Shown piece after piece: positions 56,269-64,000 of a DNA stretch of 64,000 nt. Both the position numbers and the translations under genes were made by a program. Within the stretch, counting starts at the first letter, position 1. Every line of letters starts with the position of its first letter. The notes beneath the pieces were generated by a model. That model did no database searches, was not told where the DNA came from, and worked only from the letters and a program-made list of their open reading frames with translations. The stretch is from an uncultured Solirubrobacterales bacterium (GTDB taxonomy: Bacteria > Actinomycetota > Thermoleophilia > Solirubrobacterales > 70-9): contig CAWBRN010000003.1 of the NCBI GenBank assembly GCA_963791335.1, forward strand, positions 487,841 through 551,840. The letters run 5' to 3'.

Positions 56269-57216
56269 ATGAGCACCTGCGTCGTCACCGGCGGATCCGG
56301 TTTCCTCGGATCCCATCTCTGCGAGGCCCTGCTCGGACAGGGTCACCGCGTGATCTGCCTGGACAACCTGGACACCGGGTCGCTGCGCAACATCAGCCAC
56401 ATCCGGGACGAGAACTTCGTCTTCGAGAACGCCGACATCACCGAGCGAGTCGAGATCGACGAGCCGGTCGACTTCATCTACCACCTCGCTTCCCCCGCCT
56501 CCCCGATCGATTACGCGCGGCTGCCGCTCCACACCCTGAAGGTCGGCTCCTACGGGACCCACAACATGCTCGGCGTCGCCAAGTTCAAGCGCGCGAGGTT
56601 CCTGCTCGCCTCGACTTCCGAGGTCTACGGCGACCCGCAGATCCATCCGCAGCCGGAGACCTACTGGGGTCACGTCAACCCGATCGGTCCACGGGGCGTC
56701 TACGACGAGGCGAAGCGCTACGCCGAGGCGCTGACGATGGCCTACCACCGCCAGCAGGGCGTCGACACGACGATCGTGCGGATCTTCAACACCTACGGCC
56801 CCCGCATGCGGGCCCACGACGGTCGAGCGATCCCAACCTTCTTCCGGCAGGCCCTCCAGGACAAGCCGCTCACCGTCTTCGGCGACGGCAGCCAGACCCG
56901 CAGCTTCTGCTTCGTGGACGACCTCGTCCGCGGCCTGATCGCGCTGATGGAGTCGGAGGCCCACAGTCCGATCAACATCGGCAACCCCGACGAGTACACG
57001 CTGCTGCAACTCGCGGAAGCCGTCGTCGCGGCGACCGGGTCAGGATCCGAGATCGTCTTCGAGGCGCTCCCGGTCGACGATCCACAGGTCCGCCGACCCG
57101 ACATCAGCAGGGCCCGCGAGGTGCTCGGCTGGGAGCCGACCGTCTCGCTCGAGGACGGCCTGCAGCGGACGATCGAGCAATCCGGTCGCGAGCGGCTGAT
57201 CGGCGAGACTGACTGA
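56269..57216 (+). CDS. uxs: UDP-glucuronate decarboxylase (UDP-xylose synthase), extended SDR
   Basis: Intact 315 aa. [14 protein letters not shown], ..YHLASPASP.., ..[36 protein letters not shown].., ..[12 protein letters not shown].. and ..[16 protein letters not shown].. are near-diagnostic for UXS. Confidence 0.9.
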   Translation: MSTCVVTGGSGFLGSHLCEALLGQGHRVICLDNLDTGSLRNISHIRDENFVFENADITERVEIDEPVDFIYHLASPASPIDYARLPLHTLKVGSYGTHNMLGVAKFKRARFLLASTSEVYGDPQIHPQPETYWGHVNPIGPRGVYDEAKRYAEALTMAYHRQQGVDTTIVRIFNTYGPRMRAHDGRAIPTFFRQALQDKPLTVFGDGSQTRSFCFVDDLVRGLIALMESEAHSPINIGNPDEYTLLQLAEAVVAATGSGSEIVFEALPVDDPQVRRPDISRAREVLGWEPTVSLEDGLQRTIEQSGRERLIGETD

Positions 57217-57223
57217 TCCTGCG

Positions 57224-58409
57224 GTGGACCCGCTGCGGATCGCCCACCTGACCGCGACCTTCCCGCCCTACCCGGGAGGCGCGGGGAACACATGCTTTCG
57301 ATTCGCGAAGGGTCAGTCGGAGCGAGGAAACCACGTCGAGGTCTTCACGGCGGCGGTCGAGGGTGAGGCGCCCGATCCGGGCGGAGCGATCGTCCATCGG
57401 ATCGACCCGGTCATGGCGATCGGCAACGCGCCGCTGATCCCGCAGCTGGCCCGGCTCGACTCCTTCGACGTCGTCCACATCCATTACCCGTTCATCTTCG
57501 GCTCCGAGTTGACGCTGCTCGGCCGGATGCGCAAGCGGTCGCGCAGTGCCGCGCTGATCGTCCACTACAAGAACCGCCTGCTCGGGCAGCGGGCCTCGGG
57601 GCCTCATGTTCGAGACCTACGAGCACACCGTCGCGCCGGCGCTGATCCGGGCGGCCGACCGGATCCTCGTGCTCAGCCCCGATCACGCCCGCTCGGTCTC
57701 GTACCTCGAGAAGGCGCTCGAGAACACACCGGAGCGGGTGATCGAGATGCCGAACGGCGTGGACAGCACGACCTTCTCCCCCGGAGAGGACACGAGCGGA
57801 CTTCGCGAACGGCTTGGTATCCCCGCCGACGCCGTCGTCGCCGCATTCGTCGCGACGCTCGACCGCGCCCACCACTTCAAGCGGCTCGACGTCGCGATCG
57901 AGGGCCTGGCGCGAGCGCGGGCGCGCGACGTCCACATGGTCGTCGCCGGCGGAGGCGAGCTGCTCGACGGCTTCCGGGCACAGGCGGCGGAGGCGGGCGT
58001 CGGCGGGCGGGTGCACTTCCTCGACCGGGTCCCCCACGACGAACTGCCGAACGTCCTCCGCGCCTCGGACCTGTTCGTCCTGACCACCGAGCCGCCGGAG
58101 TCCTTCGGGATCGTCCTGATCGAGGCGATGGCCTGCGGGCTCCCGGCCATCGCGACCGACTACCCCGGCGTGCGGGCCGTCGTCGACGAGAGGACCGGCG
58201 TGTTGATCGGTGCGGGCGACTCCGCCGCCGCCGCCGAGGCCCTCGACCGGTTCGTCGACATGGGCGCCGAGGGCCGCGCGTCGATGGGCGCCGAGGGCCG
58301 CGAGAAGGCGCTGCGCGAATGGGCCTGGCCGGCGTTGCTCGACCGGATGGACGCCGCCTACGCGGAGGCGATCGCAGCACGGCGCGAGAAATTAGGCGCG
58401 GCGGCGTGA
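57224..58409 (+). pseudogene. GT4-family (GT-B fold) glycosyltransferase; one frameshift
   Basis: GTG 57224. ..IAHLTATFPPYPGGAGN..IHYPFIFG..HYKNRLLGQRASG / LMFETYEHTVAP..ADRILVLS..MPNGVD..VVAGGGEL..ESFGIVLIEAMACGLPAIATD (E-x7-E)... The frame changes near 57600. Confidence 0.8.
58260..58302 (+). repeat. 24-nt-period tandem duplication inside the GT4 gene
   Basis: atgggcgccgagggccgcg occurs at 58260-58278 and again at 58284-58302. It encodes MGAEGRASMGAEGRE. Confidence 0.8.
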
Positions 58410-59710
58410 CCGCCAAGCAGTCGCGCTCGCCACGCTCACTTCTGCTCGTTTCGTACTTCTACCCGCCGACCCGGGACACCGGGGCTCAGCGCCCGGCCGC
58501 GATGGCGAAGTGGCTCGCCCGCTCGGGCTGGGACGTGACGGTGCTGACGACGACGGCGTTCGGGTCCGTCTCCCCCACCGACGGCTCGGTCGACGGCGTC
58601 CGGGTGATCCGCGCCCGCGACCTGCAGACGGTCCGTGCCCGCATGGCCGGACACTCGAAGGTCGACTCCCTCTTCGACTCAGACAGCTACAGCGGCAGGC
58701 CGCATCCGCTGAGCAAGGTCATCGTCCCCGAGCCGCTCGCGGTCGCCTGGGCGCCGTTCGCCCGCCGCGCCGCCCTCGCTGCCCATCGCGAGCGGCCGTT
58801 CGACCGCGTCCTGACCACCTCGCCGCCGGAGTCGGCCCACACGATCGGGCACGCGCTCAGCCGCAAGGGCGTCCCGTGGGTGGCGGACCTTCGCGACGCC
58901 TGGACGTTCGAGCCGCTGCGCCCGCCGTTTCCGACCGGCGCCCAACACAGGCTCGATGAACGCCTCGAACGGCTGCGGCTCGGCGCCGCCGACCGCGTCG
59001 TCTGCGTCTCGGAGCCGGCCGCCGCCGACCTGCGGGCTCGTGGGATCGCCGACCCGGCCGTCATCGCCAACGCCTGGGATCCCGACCACGACCCAGGGCC
59101 CGAGGCGAACTCGGCCGCGGACGGCCTGCTCGACGAGGGCCGAACCTCCCTGCTGTACACCGGCCGCTTCGGCAGCTACGGCCGTGACCCGGCGCAGTTC
59201 GTCGAGGGCCTCGCCCGGCTCGCGCGGAGCTCGCCTCAGTCCGCGGGCCGGCTCGAGGTCGCGATCGCCGGCCCCCTGCAGCCGCAGGAACGGGCGCTGT
59301 TCGAGCGCTCCGACCTGCAGCCGGTAAAGGTGACCCTGCTCGGGTCGCTGGAGCGGGAGACGTCGCTGGCGCTGCAGCGCACGGATCACGTGGACGCCCT
59401 GTTGCTGCTGGCCCAGCCCGCCCGCTCCCAGCTCGTCAACTTCAAGCTCTTCGAGTACCTCGCGGCCGGGACGCCGATCCTCGCGCTCGCGGCAGGTACC
59501 GAGGCGGGCCGCGTGGCCGCCGACGCCGGGATCGCGCCGATCGTGGCGGCCGACGATCCGGAGGCGATCGCCACGGCGCTCGCCACGTTGCTCGGCGACG
59601 GGTTGACCGGTCCAGACCCCGCCGCCGCCGCCCGCTACTCCTACCCGGCCGCCGCCGAGGCGATGGCGGCCGTGCTCGAGGACGCCGGCACGGTCCGACC
59701 GGGAAGTTGA
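58406..59710 (+). CDS. glycosyltransferase, GT-B fold (GT4-like, divergent)
   Basis: GTG 58406 overlaps the previous stop (GTGA). ..LLLVSYFYPPTRDTGAQRPAAMAKWLARSGWDVTVLT.. is followed by a second Rossmann-like half ..LLYTGRFGSYGR..FKLFEYLAAGTPILA... It is intact within ORF 57224..59710. Confidence 0.7.
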   Translation: MTAKQSRSPRSLLLVSYFYPPTRDTGAQRPAAMAKWLARSGWDVTVLTTTAFGSVSPTDGSVDGVRVIRARDLQTVRARMAGHSKVDSLFDSDSYSGRPHPLSKVIVPEPLAVAWAPFARRAALAAHRERPFDRVLTTSPPESAHTIGHALSRKGVPWVADLRDAWTFEPLRPPFPTGAQHRLDERLERLRLGAADRVVCVSEPAAADLRARGIADPAVIANAWDPDHDPGPEANSAADGLLDEGRTSLLYTGRFGSYGRDPAQFVEGLARLARSSPQSAGRLEVAIAGPLQPQERALFERSDLQPVKVTLLGSLERETSLALQRTDHVDALLLLAQPARSQLVNFKLFEYLAAGTPILALAAGTEAGRVAADAGIAPIVAADDPEAIATALATLLGDGLTGPDPAAAARYSYPAAAEAMAAVLEDAGTVRPGS

Positions 59711-60898
59711 CGGTGACGACCCCGGCCACGCGAACGAAGTCGGTTCCCGACGTCGTCGCGCCCCCTCCCCACCATCCGCGCTTCCCGCTGCTCGACGGCA
59801 TGCGGGCGGTCGCGGTCATGGCAGTGGTCGCGGTCCACGTCGGGGTCTTCGGAGCCGTCGGCGACTCGGTCTTCGGGCGCCTGGTCCTGCACCTGAACGT
59901 CGGCGTGACGATCTTCTTCCTGATCTCGGGCTTCCTCCTCTACCGGCCGTTCATCGCCCACCGGACCGGCGGCGGCGAAGCGCCTGCGGTCGGCCGCTAC
60001 GCGCGCCGCCGCCTGCTGCAGGATCGTCCCCGCCTACTGGCTGGTCCTGATCGTCCTGATCCTGGTTCCCGGCCTGACCGGCGTTCCCGGCGACGGCGGG
60101 ATCCAGCAGTTCGCCCTACTCCACACGCTTCCGATCGGCGACGGCACCGACTGCGTCGCGCTCGTCGCCGGCTGCGGGCTCGCCCAGACCTGGAGCCTGG
60201 TCGTCGAGTTCACCTTCTACGCGGCTCTCCCCCTCTACGTCCTCGCCGCCGCGGGCCTCGCCCGCGGACGCTCGACGGGCTCCTGGCTCCGCGCCGAGCT
60301 GGCCCTGCTCGCGGCGCTGTCGGTCGTCTCGATCCTGCTCCACTTCGTCCTTCTCGACGACGTCGGCGTCACCACCGTCGTCGGTGGCACGCTGCTCGGC
60401 TACGTCCTCTGGTTCGCGCTCGGCATGTCGCTCGCGCTGGTCTCCGTCGCAATCGCCGGCCGCCCGGACCCGCCCGCCGTCGCGGCGATCACGGCCCATC
60501 CCAGCTGGCTCTGGCTCGCCGCCGCGGCCGTCTACGTCGTGATCGCGATCGCCCTCCCCGCCACTCCCTACCTCGTCGGCGCGGGCGACCAGCTCGTCGC
60601 CCACCTCGCTTTCGGGCTGATCGCGCTGCTGCTGATGCTCCCTGCCGTCTTCGGCGATTCGGGCGACTCCGGCGGCGGTGCGCCGCGGACCTTCCTCCGC
60701 CACCCCGTCGTCGCCTGGCTCGGGCTCGTCTCCTACGGCATCTTCCTCTGGCACTACGTCGTCGCCCTCCGCCTCGGCGTGCCCGGCGAGGGCTGGAGCT
60801 TCGTCCCGCTGCTGATCGCCACGGTCGCGATCACCGTGCCGATCGCCGCCACGAGCTACTACCTGCTCGAGCGCCCGCTCCTGCGCTTCAAGCGCTGA
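59707..60898 (+). pseudogene. acyltransferase family 3 (membrane O-acyltransferase); one frameshift
   Basis: TTG 59707 overlaps the previous stop. ..FPLLDGMRAVAVMAVVAVHVG..VTIFFLISGFLLYRPF..ARRRLL / RIVPAYWLVLIVL..QTWSLVVEFTFYAALP..LGLVSYGIFLWHY..YYLLERPLLRFKR*. The frame changes near 60020. Confidence 0.75.
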
Positions 60899-60977
60899 CT
60901 TCAGAGTGAGTGAGCTGGGACGCCTCGCTGGCGATGGAGGAGTTCGCCGAGCCGAACTGCTTCACGACTGACAGGTT

Positions 60978-61613
60978 TCAGGAGGCGGTCGCGTCGCTGC
61001 GGTCGTGACCGCCGCCGGCGCGATCGAGCGCTCGGTCGATCGCGCTCGACACAACGGTGATCCGCTCCTCGTAGACGTCGGTCGAGAAGTGGATGTAGTC
61101 GGGATCCTTCCCGTGTGGGGACGGGTGGGCATCGATGAAGGCGGCCCAGTCGACGAGGGTGACGCGATCGGGATGCCGGTCGGCGAACCTGCGCAGGATC
61201 GCGTTGACCCTCAGATGCAGGTCCCGGAAGTCCTGTCGCCAGGTGTTGACGAGAACCAGCTGTCGCTCGCCGGTCCGACTCAGGAGCAGATCGAGATTCG
61301 CCTCGAGCGCCGGGGGATCCAGGACGTCGTTCGTCGAGAGGTCGAAGACGACGACCTCGTGATCGGGCCGGAGGGCCATCTCCACCACCTCCAGTCCCTC
61401 GTTCGAGTCACGCCCGAAGCGGGCGGATACGTCGCAGCCCGGGAAGGCCTTGTCGGCTCCGCACAGGAGGATGTGGGAGTCGCCGACGATCAGGACGTTT
61501 CCCCCGCAAGTGACATGCGTCTGGCGGAACAGGAGCGAGTCCGGAGCGGCGGCGAACAGCCACCCGGAGGCGGGTTCGCCGCTGCTCCCGGAATCGGGTG
61601 ATTCCGCGCTCAT
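60978..61613 (-). CDS. SGNH/GDSL-like hydrolase (probable carbohydrate esterase/acyl-esterase)
   Basis: Intact 211 aa. Contains ..VLIVGDSHIL.. (block I GDS), ..VVFDLSTNDV.. (block III-like) and ..DYIHFS.. (block V DxxH). Confidence 0.6.
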   Translation of the reverse strand: MSAESPDSGSSGEPASGWLFAAAPDSLLFRQTHVTCGGNVLIVGDSHILLCGADKAFPGCDVSARFGRDSNEGLEVVEMALRPDHEVVVFDLSTNDVLDPPALEANLDLLLSRTGERQLVLVNTWRQDFRDLHLRVNAILRRFADRHPDRVTLVDWAAFIDAHPSPHGKDPDYIHFSTDVYEERITVVSSAIDRALDRAGGGHDRSDATAS

Positions 61614-61661
61614 CTGAGAACTCCCGGCAGAAAGGTCATCGATCTGTACCGCAGACTAAGG

Positions 61662-63339
61662 ATGCCCGGCGCTGACTATCCTTCGCGGTCCGTGAGCGAC
61701 CCCTCCGCAACCGACTTCCAGAGTTCCGAGCACCGGTACATCGCCCCGATCGTCGGCCCCGACGACGAACGGCGCTTCACCGATTCCGGGATCGAGATCG
61801 ACAAGCTCTACGACCCCTCCGACGTCGCCCCCGACCTCGAGGAGCGGCTCGGCGAGCCCGGCGACTACCCCTTCACGCGCGGCGTCCACGACGGGATGTA
61901 CCGCGACCGGCTCTGGACGATGCGCCAGTACGCCGGCTTCTCCAGCCCCGAGGACACCAACGAGCGCTACCGGTACCTGATCGAGCACGGCTCGACCGGC
62001 CTCTCGATGGCGTTCGACCTGCCGACGCAGCTCGGCCGCGACTCCGACGACCCGCTCTGCGACGGCGAGGTCGGCCGGACCGGAGTCCCGATCGACACGA
62101 TCGAGGACATGCGGATCTGCTTCGACCAGATCCCGCTCGATCAGGTCTCGACCTCGATGACGATCAACGCGCCGGCGTCGGTCCTGCTGCTGCTCTACGA
62201 ACTGGTCGGCGAGGAGCAGGGCGTCGACTCGCAGAAGCTCCGCGGCACGGTCCAGAACGACGTGCTCAAGGAGTACATGGCGCGCGGCAACTACATCTAC
62301 CCGCCCGAGCCGACGATGCGCCTGACGACCGACATCTTCGAGTACTGCCAGGAGAACGTGCCGAAGTGGAACACGATCTCGATCAGCGGGTACCACATCC
62401 GCGAGAAGGGCTGCTCGGCAGTCCAGGAGGTCGCCTTCACGCTCTCCAACGCGATCGCCTACGTCGAGGCGGCCCTCGACCGCGGCCTCGAGATCGACGC
62501 CTTCGCGCCGCGGCTCGCCTTCTTCTTCAACTGCCACAACAACGTCTTCCAGGAGATCGCCAAGTTCCGGGCGGTGCGGCGGATGTGGGCGGAGATCGTC
62601 CGCGACCGCTTCGGCTCCGAGAACCCGCGCTCGCAGATGATCCGCTTCCACACGCAGACCGGCGGCGTCACGCTCCAGGCCCAGCAGCCCGAGGTGAACA
62701 TCATCCGCGTCGCGCTGCAGGGCTTCGCGGCGGTCAGCGGCGGCACCCAGTCGCTGCACACGAACGGCTTCGACGAGGCGCTGGCGCTGCCGACCGAGCG
62801 CTCGGCCCGGATCGCCCTCCGCACGCAGCAGGTGATCGCCTACGAGTCGGGCGCGACCGACACCGTCGACCCGTTCGCCGGCTCCTACTTCGTCGAGTCG
62901 CTGACCGACGAGATCGAGCTGCGGGCCAAGGAGCTGATGGCGCAGGTCGAGGACATGGGCGGCTCGGTCCAGTCGCTCGACTTCATGCAGAAGGAGATCG
63001 AGGAATCCGCCTCCAGCTACCACGAGCGCTACAAGAGCGGCCAGGACGTGATCGTCGGCGTCAACAAGTTCGTGACCGACACGATCGACGACGTCGACAT
63101 CCTCAAGGTCGACCCCGAGGCCGAGCGTCGCCAGGTCGAGCGGCTCGAAGAAGCACAAGGAGAGCCGCGACCAGGCCGCGGTCGACGCACGACTCGCGGA
63201 GCTCGCCGACGTCGCCCGGTCGGACGGCAATCTGCTGCCGCCGATGAAGGAGGCGCTGCGCGCCGGCGCCTCGATCGGCGAGGTCTCGGGGACGCTGCGC
63301 GACGAGTTCGGCGAGTACCAGGGCGGGGCCTTCTTCTAG
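61662..63339 (+). pseudogene. methylmalonyl-CoA-mutase-family acyl-CoA mutase, large (substrate-binding) subunit without a B12-binding domain; one frameshift
   Basis: ..YPFTRGVHDGMYRDRLWTMRQYAGFSSPEDTNERYRYLIEHGSTGLSMAFDLPTQLG..SMTINAPA..QNDVLKEYMARGNYIYPP..ISISGYHIREKG..HTQTGG..SLHTNGFDEALALPTE..ERL / KKHKESRDQAAVDARLAEL..MKEALRAGASIGEVSGTLRDEFGEYQ..*. The frame changes near 63147. Confidence 0.85.
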
Positions 63340-63360
63340 GCCCGCTCGACCGCTCGCACG

Positions 63361-63957
63361 ATGATCATCGGCCGGAGGTTCGCCTGGGCGCACCTGCCGA
63401 AGGCGGCGGGGACGGCGACCCAGGCCATGCTGGAGGCGGTGCCGGACCTGGTCGTGTACGCCGACCGGACCGACTCCAACGACAAGCACGACGCCTTCTG
63501 GGTCAAGGAGGAACAGATCGCCGGGAAGCTCCTGTCGATGAACATCCGCAGGCTCCCCTCTGGATCCTCAGCGCCGCCCATCACAAGGCGATCTCCGGCC
63601 TTTGGCCCGACTTCGAGCCGCAGCCGATGCCGACCGCCGAGGAGATGGTCGAGACCACCGATCCCGACGACATGCTGCGCTGGATGACCGACGGGCCGCG
63701 GCTGACCGTGAACCGCTGGCTCCGCACCGAGCATCTCCAGGAGGATGTCCTGGTCCTACTCGATGAGATCGATGAGCTGACCTCCGAGGCCCGGAACGCG
63801 GTCAACGCGGTGCCCTGGGTGGGCAAGCCGTACGACCACGACGTCGAGAAGTCGTTCACGCGTCGAGCAGGTCGTGCGCATGTACGAACTCAACCCCGGT
63901 TGGACGGCGGCCGAGCGGGTCGCCTACGGCGACATTCACGAGCTCGGGCGCACATAG
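63361..63957 (+). pseudogene. sulfotransferase-like hypothetical protein; 2 frameshifts
   Basis: MIIGRRFAWAHLPKAAGTATQ (a PAPS-loop-like hxPKxxGT motif)..LSMNIRR / PLWILSAAHHKAISGLWP..RWLRTEHLQEDVLVLL..KSFT / VEQVVRMYELNPGWTAAERVAYGDIHELGRT*. Frame changes lie at the C4 run 63555-63558 and near 63861. Confidence 0.5.
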
Positions 63958-63967
63958 ACTTGCCGCG

Positions 63968-64000
63968 ATGAAGTCGGACTTCCGGAACAAGAGCATCGAG
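63968..64000 (+). CDS. start of an unidentified gene (runs off the window)
   Basis: ATG 63968 reads MKSDFRNKSIE... Only 11 codons are visible. Confidence 0.3.
   Translation, partial: MKSDFRNKSIE

Noticed and set aside
57224-59710. An 828-aa ORF that looks like one giant glycosyltransferase.
   Set aside because: Its middle third is Arg-rich nonsense. The real content is a GT4 gene that shifts frame near 57600 and ends at 58409, plus a second GT starting at GTG 58406 that happens to share the first gene's initial frame.
61662-63971. A 769-aa ORF suggesting a mutase fused to a C-terminal domain.
   Set aside because: After about 63147 the frame is Arg-rich nonsense. The mutase continues in another frame to a stop at 63337-63339. 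The later sensible stretch belongs to the separate, frameshifted sulfotransferase-like gene.

Overview
This is about 64 kb of very GC-rich, actinobacterial-type chromosome. Third codon positions are almost all G/C. The gene content and the Lys-rich C-terminal modules on secreted proteins suggest Thermoleophilia/Solirubrobacterales-like organisms, but that is inference only. I can support about 70 protein-coding loci, 3 tRNAs (Arg-ACG, Ser-GCT, Ser-TGA), one pseudo-tRNA and a few repeats and hairpins. I found no rRNA, CRISPR array, transposase, integrase, phage gene or recognisable defence gene.

Gene blocks along the window:
- Acyl-CoA and NHEJ genes (1-2.1 kb).
- A PAP2 / diacylglycerol-kinase / amphi-Trp lipid module (2.6-4.8 kb).
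- Two convergent two-component operons, each tied to polytopic membrane proteins (6.3-12.7 kb).
- Two cupredoxin / multicopper-oxidase clusters (14.6-17.1 kb and 21.5-23.6 kb).
- Secreted esterases (17.9-20.4 kb).
- A large Zn-ribbon / adenylate cyclase / AAA / TPR protein and a ceramidase-like PKD protein (23.8-29.8 kb).
- A roughly 9.3 kb segment bracketed by three direct copies of the tRNA-Arg 3' end (30.07-39.4 kb). It carries cydAB, a dodecin, a MalT/LuxR-type regulator and several gene fragments.
- An ECF-sigma / MFS / VOC / P450 block (39.5-44.2 kb).
- Neutral-lipid and redox genes (45.6-51.5 kb).
- A cell-surface glycan cluster with UDP-xylose synthase, two glycosyltransferases, two acyltransferase-3 genes, a GH26-like gene and an SGNH gene (52.1-61.6 kb).
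- An orphan acyl-CoA mutase large subunit (61.7-63.3 kb).

The most notable signals:
1. The nested att-like tRNA-Arg scars, with no integrase between them.
2. About 40 single-base frameshifts, strongly clustered by region and hitting 18 genes. They are either real pseudogenisation or local assembly error.
3. A recurring Lys/Arg-rich C-terminal module on secreted enzymes.
4. An uncharacterised secreted protein of about 560 aa that has His-rich motifs and a type-1 copper domain.

Many long Arg/Pro-rich ORFs in the supplied track are antisense or out-of-frame shadows and were not annotated. The ORF track also omits ORFs that run off the window edges.
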